DNA from: Bigelowiella natans CCMP2755
Taxonomy: Eukaryota; Protista; Cercozoa
Length of the DNA: 64,000 bases
NCBI GenBank assembly: GCA_000320545.1
Contig: ADNK01001691.1
Span: forward strand, 12,206 to 76,205
Direction of reading: 5' to 3'
Position 1 is the stretch's first letter. Each line of letters starts with the position of its first letter. The notes below the pieces were generated by a model. That model saw only the letters and a program-made list of their open reading frames with translations. It was not told the DNA's origin and did not search any database. Both the position numbers and the translations under genes were made by a program. This document shows positions 48,373-59,900 of the stretch, piece by piece.

Positions 48373-51300
48373 ATGTACAAGCTAATGTCTGCCTTTGAAG
48401 CAGCGGATTTGGAATCATGCTTCAATGTCAACATAGAAATAGAAGGAAAGGTGACAGAAGTCAATGTACGCACCGACCCCGCTCACCGACGAGAAGTACT
48501 CAAGCTATCCCCGGAGCAATTCGATATCCTCAATCCCAAACCTGAAGGAAGAGGATCACAAGAAAAGATAAACAAAAGAAAGAGAGGAAGATTCTTCCTC
48601 ACTGCTACCCTTCCTGATAAATTCTTCGATCTACTCGAAGGAAAACCCAAAGACGTAGCAGTTACCTTAGCAGCCTTGCTGGAGAAGTACGAGCCTACCA
48701 ATCCTGTAGCCGTCAGGAAACTTTATTCGAAACTAAGTGATATAAACATGGGTCAGTACAATGGAGACTTCACAAAGCATCATTCTGACCTTGACTTGAC
48801 GATCAGAAGACTTCGGGCACAGCACGAAGGATACTCCGACAACCAAGCGCTTGCCACTCTACTTCGAGGACTTGTACCTAGCGAAAAATACGAGACTATA
48901 GTTACAGTCATCAACAACAAGAAAGATGGTACCTTCGACTCTGCAGTGGACATGATACGTTCCCACATGAACTCCCGATCGCTCGATGACGGGCAGAGAC
49001 CTTCAAAGAAAAATGCAGGACACACCAGTGCAGAACACAAATACGTGAAGATGTACGATGGCTTGGAGAAAAGGCTAAACGAACTTACAGGTCAGCTGAA
49101 TACCTACAAGAGAAAATTCAAAAAGGGAAAGAACAGATACAACAGCGGAGCATATCAAGACAATTCCAAGAAGCAAAAGAGAGAAGACTATTTCTTGAAC
49201 TTAAAGAAAAGAACAAAATGTCATTACTGTGGCAAGAAAGGACATTGGGAAAAGGAATGCAGAAACAAGATGAGAGATGAAGGCAAGCAGAACAAAGGAA
49301 AACACTATTCCTTCATTGATCATGGCTCCCCTTCCCAAAGACCCTCTTACATTAATAAGATGGCACGCGACAATTCTTACCTGCAAACGCTGAAGTACAA
49401 CCATAAGCCTTTGATCCTTCTCGACAGCGGAGCCAACAACCACTTCTTCTGTGACCGCGACTTCTTCAACGAGTTGAAACCTATTCAACCACGATACATA
49501 GAAGTTGGCAAAGATGGGACAGGATTCTTTGTGAATTATGCAGGCGACGTCAAACTAACTACTAAAAACAAGCAAGGAAAGATGCACAAAATTGTTCTAC
49601 AAGGAGCTTTGTACTCTGAAGAAGCTGCAGGCAATGTGATCTCTCTAAACAGACTAGTTAAGAGTGGCAGCGAGTACAAAGGAACAAAACAAGGAATAAG
49701 CATTACCGCCAACGGAGAGGAATACGCGTTCGGAGACTTTCAAGACGACGGCCTATTTTATTTGAGATATAAACAAATAAACAAAAGTACAAATACACAA
49801 AGATTTAAATCCTACCCTATGAAGCAACCATCTCCAATCAAGCACGCACATAACATCCTAGGGCACATCGCAACGGATAAGATAAGAGACACCTATGCAG
49901 TTACAGAAGGTTTACCTTATTCCAAGATGATAAAGATACCAAAGAAGATCTTTTGCAAGGCCTGTGATGTAGCCAAAACAAAAAGATCTCCGATCTTTGA
50001 TCTAAGCGCCCAAGAAAGGATGAAACAGCATAGGAATAAAGCAAAGATTGAGAACGATGCTGTCAAAAAGAAACAAAAATGTGTACCTGTTATCCACAAG
50101 AAAAACCGGATGTGGAATAGAATTCACTCTGATGTAAAGACCATGCCTAACAGCATGGATGGTTACAAGTATTTCGTAATATTCGTACATGAAGGAACAA
50201 GGTGGGTTACCTTGGAGCTCTTGAGAAAGAAAAGCGAAGTTACGCAGAAAACCATACAGTTCCTAAAGCACATCAGAAAGCTTCCAGGTTGTGGAAGCAT
50301 AGACGAATTCAGATCGGATGGTGGAGGTGAATATATGAGCGCAAAGCTACATAGCTGGCTCACCTCCGAAGGAATAAAATGGGTTCCTAGCACCGCCCGA
50401 ACACCTGAGCAAAATGGAATGTCCGAGCGTCACATACAGACTATCATGGCGAAAACAAGAGCTATGTTAGAACATGCACGCTTACCGGTCGGATACTGGT
50501 CCTACGCAGCTCAGACTGCAGCATATCTCCACAACGTCACCTCACATCGCAGCACTCCTGGTAAAAAAACGCCTAAAGAACTACTGCACCATGAGCAACC
50601 AAATCTAAAGAATCTAACTACCTGGGGATGCATCGGAGTAAACCACATCGACAAGGAACTCCGACCTGCAGGTGGTATGGGTGCTAGAGGTGAATACGTA
50701 CGTATGTTGGGATATGACGATAGATTTGGTACTTTTCTCGTCGCCACGAAGACGCTGAAAATTAAAAGAGTCCGTGTAACTAAATGGTACCACACAGTGT
50801 TTAAGTTTCCTTCGCTGAAGAGAAACAAAGTTAGTGATTCGGCTTTGGCGTACCTTTATCCAGAAGGTCCTGCCGACGCGGACGCCCCCGAACCATCCAG
50901 TGCAACTGACGAGTCGCCAGAGGATGGTGGGCCTGAAACAAAAGCAAAAAGTAAGCCTCGAAGGTCGAATAGAGAAAATAGGGGAGTACCTGGTATTCGT
51001 TACGGAATACTTGGTAGCTATTACGACCGCCTGATGAATATAAAAGCTCCATCAGTACATGAGATCGAGGACCTTCCTAAGACGTATGACGATGCAATCA
51101 CAGGAGATGATAAGAAGCATTGGATACCTTCTACGGAAGAGGAACTGCACCAGCTTCGAAAACTTGGAACGTTTACGCTGGTAGTGCGACCTAAGGATAC
51201 AAATTTCGTTACATCTAAATGGGTATTCAAGAAGAAAATAAATGTAGACTATACCATTCGGTATAAGTCAAGGCTGGTCGCGCGAGGGTTCACGCAGATC

Positions 51301-52740
51301 CCGGGAGAAGACTCCTTCTTCTCTTATTCCCCGACGTTGTCCCTAAATAGTTTTCGGATAATGTTAGCCATAGCATCTATCCTCAAGCTAAAACTACACG
51401 GGATAGATATACTTACAGCTTTCCTAACTGGAAAGATGGACTGTAAAGTATACATGGAAATACCTAAAGGGTGGAAGCCGAAGACACCTGATGAAATCCG
51501 GCTATACAACAGTGGCCTTCCACTAGCCCTACTGGTAAATAAAAGCATTTATGGGCTGACACAAGCAAGTGCAATATTCAGCCTTACCTTGCTCGAGCAT
51601 CTCAACGCCATTGGCTTCGTCCAGCTTTACTCCGATCCTTGCCTAATGATAATGCACAGACAAGGAAGAATCATCATATTGTCATGTTTCGTGGATGACA
51701 TATGCATAGCATATCAAGATAAGAAAGACCTGGACTTTGTCATGAAGCGAATAGGCGACAAGTTTGAGTTTCGCGATGAAGGCGAGCTAAAGAAAACACT
51801 GGGCATAAGAGTTGGTAGCGACAATGAGGGAAACTATTGGATATCGCAGGAAGATTACCTCACCAGACTCGCCCAGAAGTATGATATCACGCCTACGAAA
51901 AGAGCAAAAACACCAATGATAACAGGATCAAAGTTAGACGAATACGTGGAACATGAAAAAGTAGATCAGAAGGCATACAGATCCATCATAGGAGCAGCAA
52001 TGTATGCAGCGGTGGCTACTAGGCCAGACATCTGCTACACTCTATCTCGTCTAGCTTCCTACAGTCAAGATCCTAGAACTATACACTACATCGCTGCAGT
52101 GCGCTTACTACAATATCTGGTCAACACAAAGGACAAAAGAATTACCTTTAAAGCAGCGTCCAAACCTGAGCTTAAAGCCTACGTCGATGCTTCCTGGAAG
52201 ACCTGCAAGAAAACGGGTAAATCATATTCAGGATATTTCATATCGCTAAGCAACGCACCTGTTGTCTGGAAGAGCAACAAGCAAAAGGTCGTTGCTATGT
52301 CCAGTGGCGAGGCTGAGTACATAGCATTATCAGATATATGCAGAGAGTTAGTGTATGTCACTCAGTTACTACAGGAGTTAAAAATGAAAATACCGAACCC
52401 TGTACCTGTGTATTGTGACTCTCAAGCAGCTATCTCCATTGCAGCCAAGCCTGGATTCACACAGAAAGGCAAGAACATAAGGATAGAATATCACAATGTT
52501 CGTGATAACTATCAAACCAAGCAGATCTGCATAAACAAAATACCTGGGGAGGACAATCCCGCTGATATACTTACCAAGGCTCTACCAGGACCTAGCAACA
52601 AGAAACACTGTGATTTCTTGTTCCCTATATCATACAGAGAAAAACTAACCATCATGCTACAAGGCACCAGAAAAAGAAAAATAACAACAAAGGCTCTACC
52701 TTACAAGCTCCCTCGCCTTGTCGGCCCCACGTCCGCTTAG
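48373..52740 (+). CDS. gag-pol: Copia Gag-Pol polyprotein, 1455 aa; true start probably ATG 48297
   Basis: Zinc knuckle CHYCGKKGHWEKEC; PR LLDSGANNH; HAHNILGH..CKAC; INT HSD, RSDGGGEY, NGMSER; RT KWVFKKK, YKSRLVARGFTQ, DILTAFL, KSIYGL, FVDD; RH YVDASW, EAEY, YCDSQAAI, NPADILTK. Confidence 0.97.
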   Translation: MYKLMSAFEAADLESCFNVNIEIEGKVTEVNVRTDPAHRREVLKLSPEQFDILNPKPEGRGSQEKINKRKRGRFFLTATLPDKFFDLLEGKPKDVAVTLAALLEKYEPTNPVAVRKLYSKLSDINMGQYNGDFTKHHSDLDLTIRRLRAQHEGYSDNQALATLLRGLVPSEKYETIVTVINNKKDGTFDSAVDMIRSHMNSRSLDDGQRPSKKNAGHTSAEHKYVKMYDGLEKRLNELTGQLNTYKRKFKKGKNRYNSGAYQDNSKKQKREDYFLNLKKRTKCHYCGKKGHWEKECRNKMRDEGKQNKGKHYSFIDHGSPSQRPSYINKMARDNSYLQTLKYNHKPLILLDSGANNHFFCDRDFFNELKPIQPRYIEVGKDGTGFFVNYAGDVKLTTKNKQGKMHKIVLQGALYSEEAAGNVISLNRLVKSGSEYKGTKQGISITANGEEYAFGDFQDDGLFYLRYKQINKSTNTQRFKSYPMKQPSPIKHAHNILGHIATDKIRDTYAVTEGLPYSKMIKIPKKIFCKACDVAKTKRSPIFDLSAQERMKQHRNKAKIENDAVKKKQKCVPVIHKKNRMWNRIHSDVKTMPNSMDGYKYFVIFVHEGTRWVTLELLRKKSEVTQKTIQFLKHIRKLPGCGSIDEFRSDGGGEYMSAKLHSWLTSEGIKWVPSTARTPEQNGMSERHIQTIMAKTRAMLEHARLPVGYWSYAAQTAAYLHNVTSHRSTPGKKTPKELLHHEQPNLKNLTTWGCIGVNHIDKELRPAGGMGARGEYVRMLGYDDRFGTFLVATKTLKIKRVRVTKWYHTVFKFPSLKRNKVSDSALAYLYPEGPADADAPEPSSATDESPEDGGPETKAKSKPRRSNRENRGVPGIRYGILGSYYDRLMNIKAPSVHEIEDLPKTYDDAITGDDKKHWIPSTEEELHQLRKLGTFTLVVRPKDTNFVTSKWVFKKKINVDYTIRYKSRLVARGFTQIPGEDSFFSYSPTLSLNSFRIMLAIASILKLKLHGIDILTAFLTGKMDCKVYMEIPKGWKPKTPDEIRLYNSGLPLALLVNKSIYGLTQASAIFSLTLLEHLNAIGFVQLYSDPCLMIMHRQGRIIILSCFVDDICIAYQDKKDLDFVMKRIGDKFEFRDEGELKKTLGIRVGSDNEGNYWISQEDYLTRLAQKYDITPTKRAKTPMITGSKLDEYVEHEKVDQKAYRSIIGAAMYAAVATRPDICYTLSRLASYSQDPRTIHYIAAVRLLQYLVNTKDKRITFKAASKPELKAYVDASWKTCKKTGKSYSGYFISLSNAPVVWKSNKQKVVAMSSGEAEYIALSDICRELVYVTQLLQELKMKIPNPVPVYCDSQAAISIAAKPGFTQKGKNIRIEYHNVRDNYQTKQICINKIPGEDNPADILTKALPGPSNKKHCDFLFPISYREKLTIMLQGTRKRKITTKALPYKLPRLVGPTSA

Positions 52741-53380
52741 ACGCCCTATAAAAGCCCCACGTCCATCTAGAAACCTACAACATATGAACATATAGGCTGC
52801 AAGGTTTTAATGGCACACATCTTTATATGTGTGTACCTTTCCTTGCGTATCTTACTATGGACTATATGCACAGCTATGTGCACAGCTCCGATGGGGGCGA
52901 ATGTAAATTACGCTATGGATTATATAATTGCACAGTGTCTGTCTTCCAGACACTGCACAATCATGGGGGCGAATGTGGAACAAAGACAGGATACCTACAA
53001 AACAAGAACAAGATATAAGGCTATATACTACGAGATACCTACGAAATTAAAAATAAATAAGACAGAAAAAAACTGCCTTCCCTGTGTGGAGGTGTGGAAG
53101 AACAATGTCGCTATGACCAGAGTATGATGCCTTCAGACCCACGAAGGCAGACTGTATTCTCTTCGGCATTCCTTCTCGATCTGGCATGGCTGCAACCCAG
53201 CCAGCCAACAGTATTTGGAGCCCAGCCCGCAATTTCGTCTCTCAGGGAAGAGCTCCATTGGGGGACGTGGACGTGTACGTAGCTCGCCTCATCACAAGAG
53301 GTGGGGCAAGGTGAAGAGTTAAAAGCACGGTCGATCGAAGTTCCTAAATTTGGGGACCTGACTATGGGAAACCAGATCGG

Positions 53381-53455
53381 TGTTCCAGAATGTTCCAGAA
53401 TGTTCCAGAATGTTTTCTGGAAGCACGTGAGGGATTCCAGAATTTTTTCTGGAAG
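53381..53455. promoter_or_regulatory. Internal HSE-like cluster in the Copia 3' region
   Basis: (TGTTCCAGAA)x3 at 53381-53410, plus TTCTGGAA, TTCCAGAA and TTCTGGAA immediately downstream. Confidence 0.6.
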
Positions 53456-53799
53456 CACACTGGTGTCGTTTAAAAAATTAATTTTTTGGACAAGTCCCAG
53501 TTCGTACCGAAATGGTGGCACCTTGCCCAGTCAGGCAAGAATTTTTCCTGCCGATTTCGGAGTGCACCATGCCCATGGCACCTTGCCCAGTTGCAAGCCT
53601 GGGAATTTTGTGCCTCTGCACAGAGTTTCAGGCGTCTGGTGGTGCGATGTTTGGTCGGCAAAATTTTGCCAACCATTCGGACTCCGAAACCTTTGGGAAT
53701 GGCGTCCATGTGCAGCACCGTGCAAAAGTTCTGTCACCATGGCAGAAATGGCACGTGCACATCAGCACTCTGATCGTGGTCACCACGTCCATGGGGGCG

Positions 53800-54217
53800 T
53801 GTCAGCGGTCTGGCCGCGCCACCCACGATCAAGGAGCTGTCGCAGCATGCGCACGTCCACTCGTGCTGCACGCTGCGCTGCGCACATGCGCATGGAAGTT
53901 CTCAGAACTTCGGGAATCTTCGAGAAGCTTCGAGAATCTTCCAGAAGCTTCGAGAACATTCCGGAAGATTCGAGAATCTTCCAGAATCTTCGAGAGCATT
54001 CCGGAAGCTTCGAGAATCTTCCAGAGAATTCGAGAGAATTCTGGAAGATTCGAGAATCTTCGCGAATGCGCCGGAACCCAATGCGCACATGCATGCAGCG
54101 CAAGTCACAAGTCATCAAAGAATTCAAACGCACACAGGACCGCGTGTTGACACTTGGTGACATCAACAGCACAGTCCCGCGCACAAAAGCTGAGCAGCTA
54201 CCGCAAGCCCGCTAAAA
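53800..54217 (+). repeat. Copia 3' LTR (418 bp)
   Basis: Matches the 5' LTR except for two extra 10-bp units; preceded by the PPT-like ATGGGGGCG (53791-53799). Confidence 0.94.
53914..54063. promoter_or_regulatory. Heat-shock-element-like array: 15 in-phase GAAnnTTCnn units
   Basis: 12 perfect and 3 variant units; the first eight are consecutive perfect units. Confidence 0.8.
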
Positions 54218-54788
54218 AGGGGTTCAGCTCTCGTTGATTGCATTGCACTCTTGTGTTGGTTTTTCACTGTCTAGCTGTGCACGTGCAGCCGTGTGTTCAG
54301 ACATCAATCATGCACAGCTAGACAGCCTGACAGTGCTAGAGTGACAGCAGGCGGCTGGGCGGGCGGGTTCCAATCTGGCAATCTAGCAATCTTCCATTTG
54401 CAGCTGTCAGCAACCATCAGACAGATGCCGCAAATCTCAGAAATTGCGTGTCGCCGTGTGCGCGACATTCGAAGGCTGAGAAATGCTGCTGACGCACTGC
54501 TAGCTAGCTAGGTAGACTGCCATGATGATGCACCGTGACCACTGCACACGCACATGCATTTTGACGAATCACCGCAATGCATCATCAAAATCTGAACACT
54601 CATCAGGCGCTCCACACAGCACACGCCAGCAGCGTGGATTCATCATGCATGTCAGATGTGCCCACCACTATAGACACAGTATCTATAATGTACATGATAT
54701 ACATATACGTATGTCTATTGTCACCTCTGGACATCATGCATTCCAGCATCGTCAGATAGGCAGCAGGGACCAATGCATGGTGCGTGTG

Positions 54789-56227
54789 TCAGGGACCAAC
54801 ATGCATGCAGCATGTGCATGTCCCCATCGTCACCATGTCTTGTTTGCACTCATGAGAACAATCTGGACAGCATTCGCGCAACGTGAGAAAATGCTGCAGC
54901 ATTTCTTCGTTGCATCTACTCATCCAGACGCACAGCATTTTCGCCGTCAAATTAGGCACGATTGTCTTTTGGTGCGAGCAGAAGAGCAACATCGGTCTTC
55001 GATTCTGTTCACGGAAACAAACACATCGATTCAGCTCAAAGGAGCCACCACACCACGAGGAGGGGAGAGAAGAAGGAACATGGTCACCTTCGAGGGGTGG
55101 GAAATTGGTTGCAAGATCATCATCACTGCCAAGAAGGGATACACTGCCTCCGCGGTTTTTAGCCTGATCTCGTTTTTCCTTCTCCGCGCGCACAATATTC
55201 TGGATCTGAGGAATGGAAGCCATTTTCATGAGGTGTATTGTCGAGCCGCACGAGGGAGCACCAACACACACAGCAACACAGAAGAGCCCCTTTAAATGAA
55301 AGAAAAACGCTACCAATTTGAGTGCTGCTGCTGTCTGCGCAGCAACGGCCGTGCTGCCATTCTTTTCCTCCTTCGAGGGGGCACTTGCATCAACTAGGAT
55401 GCGATACACGCCTTTCCCTCCCTTTGCCATCCGCTTCGCGTCAGCTTTAACGGCGCCGCCGTTGGTAACAATCACCACGGTTGAGCCATCCGCCTGGAGC
55501 GAAGAAAGACAGGAATAATTATGAAGATGGGTCAGAAAGGCGGGGCAGCACCAGGATCATAGCAATGGCGATTTTGACGAGGATCATGAGATTGAGACGA
55601 GAACGATGGCCGCGCTACCATCTTGCATTGACTCCCCCATCTGAGAGAGGGGTGTTTCCAGGCGGCGAAAGCTCTCGACTGCAATCATGCATACATGCAC
55701 ACGACTCCTATCGCTAACTATGAAACAGCGTCTCACGCAAAGTCTCGAATGGCGCACGACGGGACACACCTCGAATGAGCTGATTCTACTCCACCGTAGC
55801 TGGAAGCTCCGCTTCTCCTGCGAGCTGAGCGATGCAAGATCGGCCCTCCTCTTCCCGTCGGCGGCATTGCTCTTCATGCTCTCCTTGATCTGAGGGCCAT
55901 CGATAATGGCGACAACCCGCTCGGTCGTCGCTGCGAGCTTGCAGTAGCTGCTGAGAACGAAGGCCCCGACAAGCACCTCCTTCTCCACAATCGCGGAGGA
56001 GGCGGCGTCGTCTCTACCCAGGCCAGGGAGGCCGGGAGCAGATTTGACCTCTCTCAGTTGTGAAGCAATGAGCGACAGGCTAGGGTTGTACGGCCGCAGG
56101 ACGCGGTCGAGGGCGATGTACCTCTTCGCTCGGCGGAGGGAATTCTCGTATCTGGGTGTTAGTGGCGGGGAAGAGGATGGGTGGAAATATCAATGGCGGT
56201 GATGATGGTGGCGATGATCATGGCAAC

Positions 56228-56260
<33 letters not shown>

Positions 56261-56895
56261 TGGTGATGATGATAACGATGGATGTTACTAATCACGAGGC
56301 AGCAGCGGTGGTGAGAGAGGGCAACATGCGCTCGTGGTATCTGGTGTTGGCGGAAAGGAAAGGCACCGCTTGTCAAAGATCTTGGCTGTGTTGGAGATTC
56401 CTCGCAGAGTGAGGTCTCCAAAGTCAATCACGCCCACAACGGGCTTAACCAGAATTCCAGCGACCTGTTGGGAGTTAGACCACGCATTCGTTATTCCCTC
56501 GACAATATTTTACCGGGGCCACCACAACCGGTGTAACCCTCTTCTCGCTCCCTTTCTCTCCCCTCCCCCCCTCTCTCCCCTCTTCTGCGTTATACAACGA
56601 CAAACTGAAGAACAACAAGTAAAAAGTCAGCCAATAATAACTACTGCTACCACTTCTACTGCTACTGCTACTACTACTATTCATCTATCAAGTAGCACCC
56701 CAATTCCAAGGCCTTTGAAGAAGCCTGCGACCCCCCCCTTGCTGGCCCCAACGACAGGATCGACGAAGATTCCGGTCACACCCCTGTAGAGTCCATAACC
56801 CAATCTGTATGTGCCCCGGTAGATTCCTTCTCCAATGTGACTAGGATCCCGCTTCATATCCTTCTCATGCTCAAGCGTGTATCTGTGTGTTACAT

Positions 56896-56934
<39 letters not shown>

Positions 56935-59900
56935 TAATAACCATCGATGGTCGCCTCCTCTTCCTCCTCCCCCTTCCCACCCCCCCCTCTTGGCCCCCCC
57001 TTTTCCCTTTACAGAAAGATTCCTGTTCCCACCCAGGGAGAGTCCAAAACCAAATTTGTATGCCCCCCCACTAAATCCCTTCTCAAAGGGCAAAGGGATC
57101 CGGTTTTATTTCCTTTCCAAGGGCAAGGGGGGGATTTGGGGGTTCTTAACGAATAAAAATAAATATAATTATATATAAAAATAAGGATAAAACCAAGGGA
57201 GGTTTGCTTCTTTTTCCTCCCCCCCCCCCCCCCCCCCACGCCCCCTTGATCCTCAATCATCATGACCCTTTTTCACAGGCAGCCATGCTCATCATGCAAG
57301 TCGTACTCTTGGTCCATGGAGAGAGTGGCCACGCCGCGCCCAATACTGGACGTCACCTTCGACGCGGAGCTGAACACGCCTACAACGGTGTGCTTCAGCA
57401 GAGAGACGGTGCCACGGGCTAAACCGAGACCTGATAGGAAACCAACGAATAGTCAAACCATACCCGTTTCTTGGACAATCAAACTAAGGAGAAGTCGGCT
57501 AAGGGGAAAGGGGAGAGGTTGGGGGGGGGGCGGGGCGTGGCGGGGCGAGCCAAATGCGGGGGGACAAAGACAGCAAAAGGAACTAAGAAATATCTGGCGC
57601 CGCCTACCGAATTCCTGGGGAGAGTTGACGAGTCCTTGCGCTGGCTCGTAGAAGAAATCGGCCACCCCCTCTCCAAGGTTTCCGACAAGGCCGACAGGGT
57701 CTCCCAGAATGGCAATGCTGCCTACCAGCTTGTAAGCTTGCCCAAGTCCCTGAGACGTGTAGTGGGCGAGGATCGGCGCGAGCAGCGTGGCGGAGTCCCC
57801 GTAGGCGTTCTCGACGGTGAGGGCGTTGAGCCGCAGAGGCGCGTCGTCGAGGTTTCCGAACGTCGCGCCGGCCATTTGCCCGAGGACTTTGAACGGATTC
57901 ACGATCGTCCTCCCGCCGCCGCCCCTTTTGGTGTGAGACGACCCGGAGGATGACTCGCCAGAGAGCCTGAAGCTCAGGTTGAGGGCGAGCGGCTGCAGCT
58001 CGAGCAGCCGGAAGAACATCTTGGAGGAACCCGCGGGCGGAGGCTCGTTGTGCTCCTCGTAGCGGAGGACAATGGCCGCTCGGACCTCGCCCTCCCCGAG
58101 GACGCCGCTCCCCCACACCTCCGTCGCGGGGTCGTTCGCAGAGAGCGCCTCCTCGCGGAAGGCGGAGAAGTAGGCGAGGGCTCGGGTGATGAGCGCCTCC
58201 TCCACCTTCAGATCCATCTCCTGCACGAGGAACGAGAAGTAGCGGAAGATCGTCACCGGCGCGCCGGGCTTGGTCTTCGCGACCGCCGCGCCGAACTGGA
58301 TAAAGGGCTGCTTGCGCCGCAGCTCCGGGGCGATGGGCTTCGGCGCGAGGATGACTGGGAACACGGAGGAGTGGTGCAGCCGGTCAAACTGCAGCGACTC
58401 GACGGAGAGCTCCACCGAATTGGTGCTGCGAGACGTCGCCAGGCTGACGATGATCCACTGCAGGGAGAGGTAGAAGATCTCCATTGGCGTCTCGTCAATC
58501 ATTGATATACCGATCTCGGGCAGGGCTAGCGTGAAGCGGCTGCTGCCGACAGCTCCGTTTCCTCCTGCAACCATAGGCCTTCGCTCCACGGCGAAAGTGA
58601 CCGTTCCAAGGGACGACGCTGACGGAGAAGACCGCGCAGACAGCTCTACTCTCAATTTCTTGTACCCCCCGGCGTACTCGCCGCCTGGAGAAGTAGCAGC
58701 ACACATCATTGCGCCGTCGGTGGCGATCGACGAGAGCGGAGGAATATTCTACGGCATTCTAACGGCCGGAGAAGTTCCAGCAGAAAGGAAATTTAAAAAA
58801 AAAGCACAAAAAAACAGATGGCTCTTATCGCAGTGCCGTGCCGTGCCGCGAGGCAAGAGCTACACACCGCGATTTGAGCACCTCAAAGCATTTTGGAAAC
58901 AAAGGCGAAAAAGACACGACACATAGACCCTCCCTCTCGACACTGTGTTTCTCTTCGTTTTTCTTTAAATTCTCGCATCGAATCCTATTTGTGCAAGCCT
59001 CTGCGGCCACACGCTCAGGGAAACAGAAAAGCGTCTCCCCGACCGACAGAGCTGTGACACACGATGCGCTGTGTATCTTTACGAGACGGAGCGCTATCAC
59101 TGTTATTCATTCCGACAGAACTCTCGAAACTCTCTCCCCCCCCCGCCCCCCACCTTGTTCCTCGTCGTCGCTCCCAGCGGCTTTGCGGTGGAAATCCTCT
59201 CCGCGCGAGGCGACGCTCTCGGCGCCCCGAAGTGGAACTGTTGCGAGGGACAAGTAGCCGCTGCCGAGATCTTCGTGCCACGCGGCTGCATCTGGAGCTT
59301 TCTTCTTCTTCTTCTTCTTCTCCTCCTCCTCTTTCGTATCGCCCGAGGCTGCGGCCGCTGCTTTCTCTCCCACCCCTGCGCGCACCAGCTTGACCCACAG
59401 CCGCGTCGCGGCTGTGACGGGCGTTTTCACGTCGAATGACACCGGGGAGGCATCCTCCCCGCCCCCCCCCGACAGCAGCGGGATGACACGCTTCTGGTTC
59501 TTCATCGTGAGCACGAGCAAGAGCCTCCCCCCCTGCCCCTCCGGCATGGAAGCAGCTCCGCCAGGGGCCAGCGCGGAGATGAGCTTGCTCTTCACCACCC
59601 AAACCTTGACGGTTTCCGTGGCACCGCCCGCCCCGTCGCCAGCAGCCTTGATCGACTGTAGCCCGGGGTCTCTGGAGGCAGAATTGCGCGCGCTCTGCGA
59701 GGCGCTGGCCGGGGAGCGCGAAACGCACGAGCAGTGGCAGCGGAAGACCTTGGACGATGTTTTAGCCGACCGCATCAGCGCCAGGGCTAGCATTCTCTCC
59801 TCAGCCTCCACGCGCGCCCGGGCGGCTTTGAGCTGCGGCTTCAAAGCCTGCACGACGATGGTGTCTCTCTCCACCGCAACGCGGTGCCCCTCGGTCACAG

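Larger units (their letters stand above)
47716..54217 (+). mobile_element. Full-length Ty1/Copia LTR retrotransposon with HSE-array LTRs
   Basis: Direct repeats at 47716-48113 and 53800-54217; 5-bp TSD AGGGG (47711-47715 and 54218-54222); PBS and PPT-like motifs; domain order gag-PR-INT-RT-RH. Confidence 0.97.

Noticed and set aside
52810-54215. ORFs of 105-304 aa after Copia pol considered as an env-like gene
   Set aside because: They run through the LTR decamer array, show no convincing signal peptide or fusion/TM pattern, and overlap in several frames, as expected for chance ORFs in repeats.
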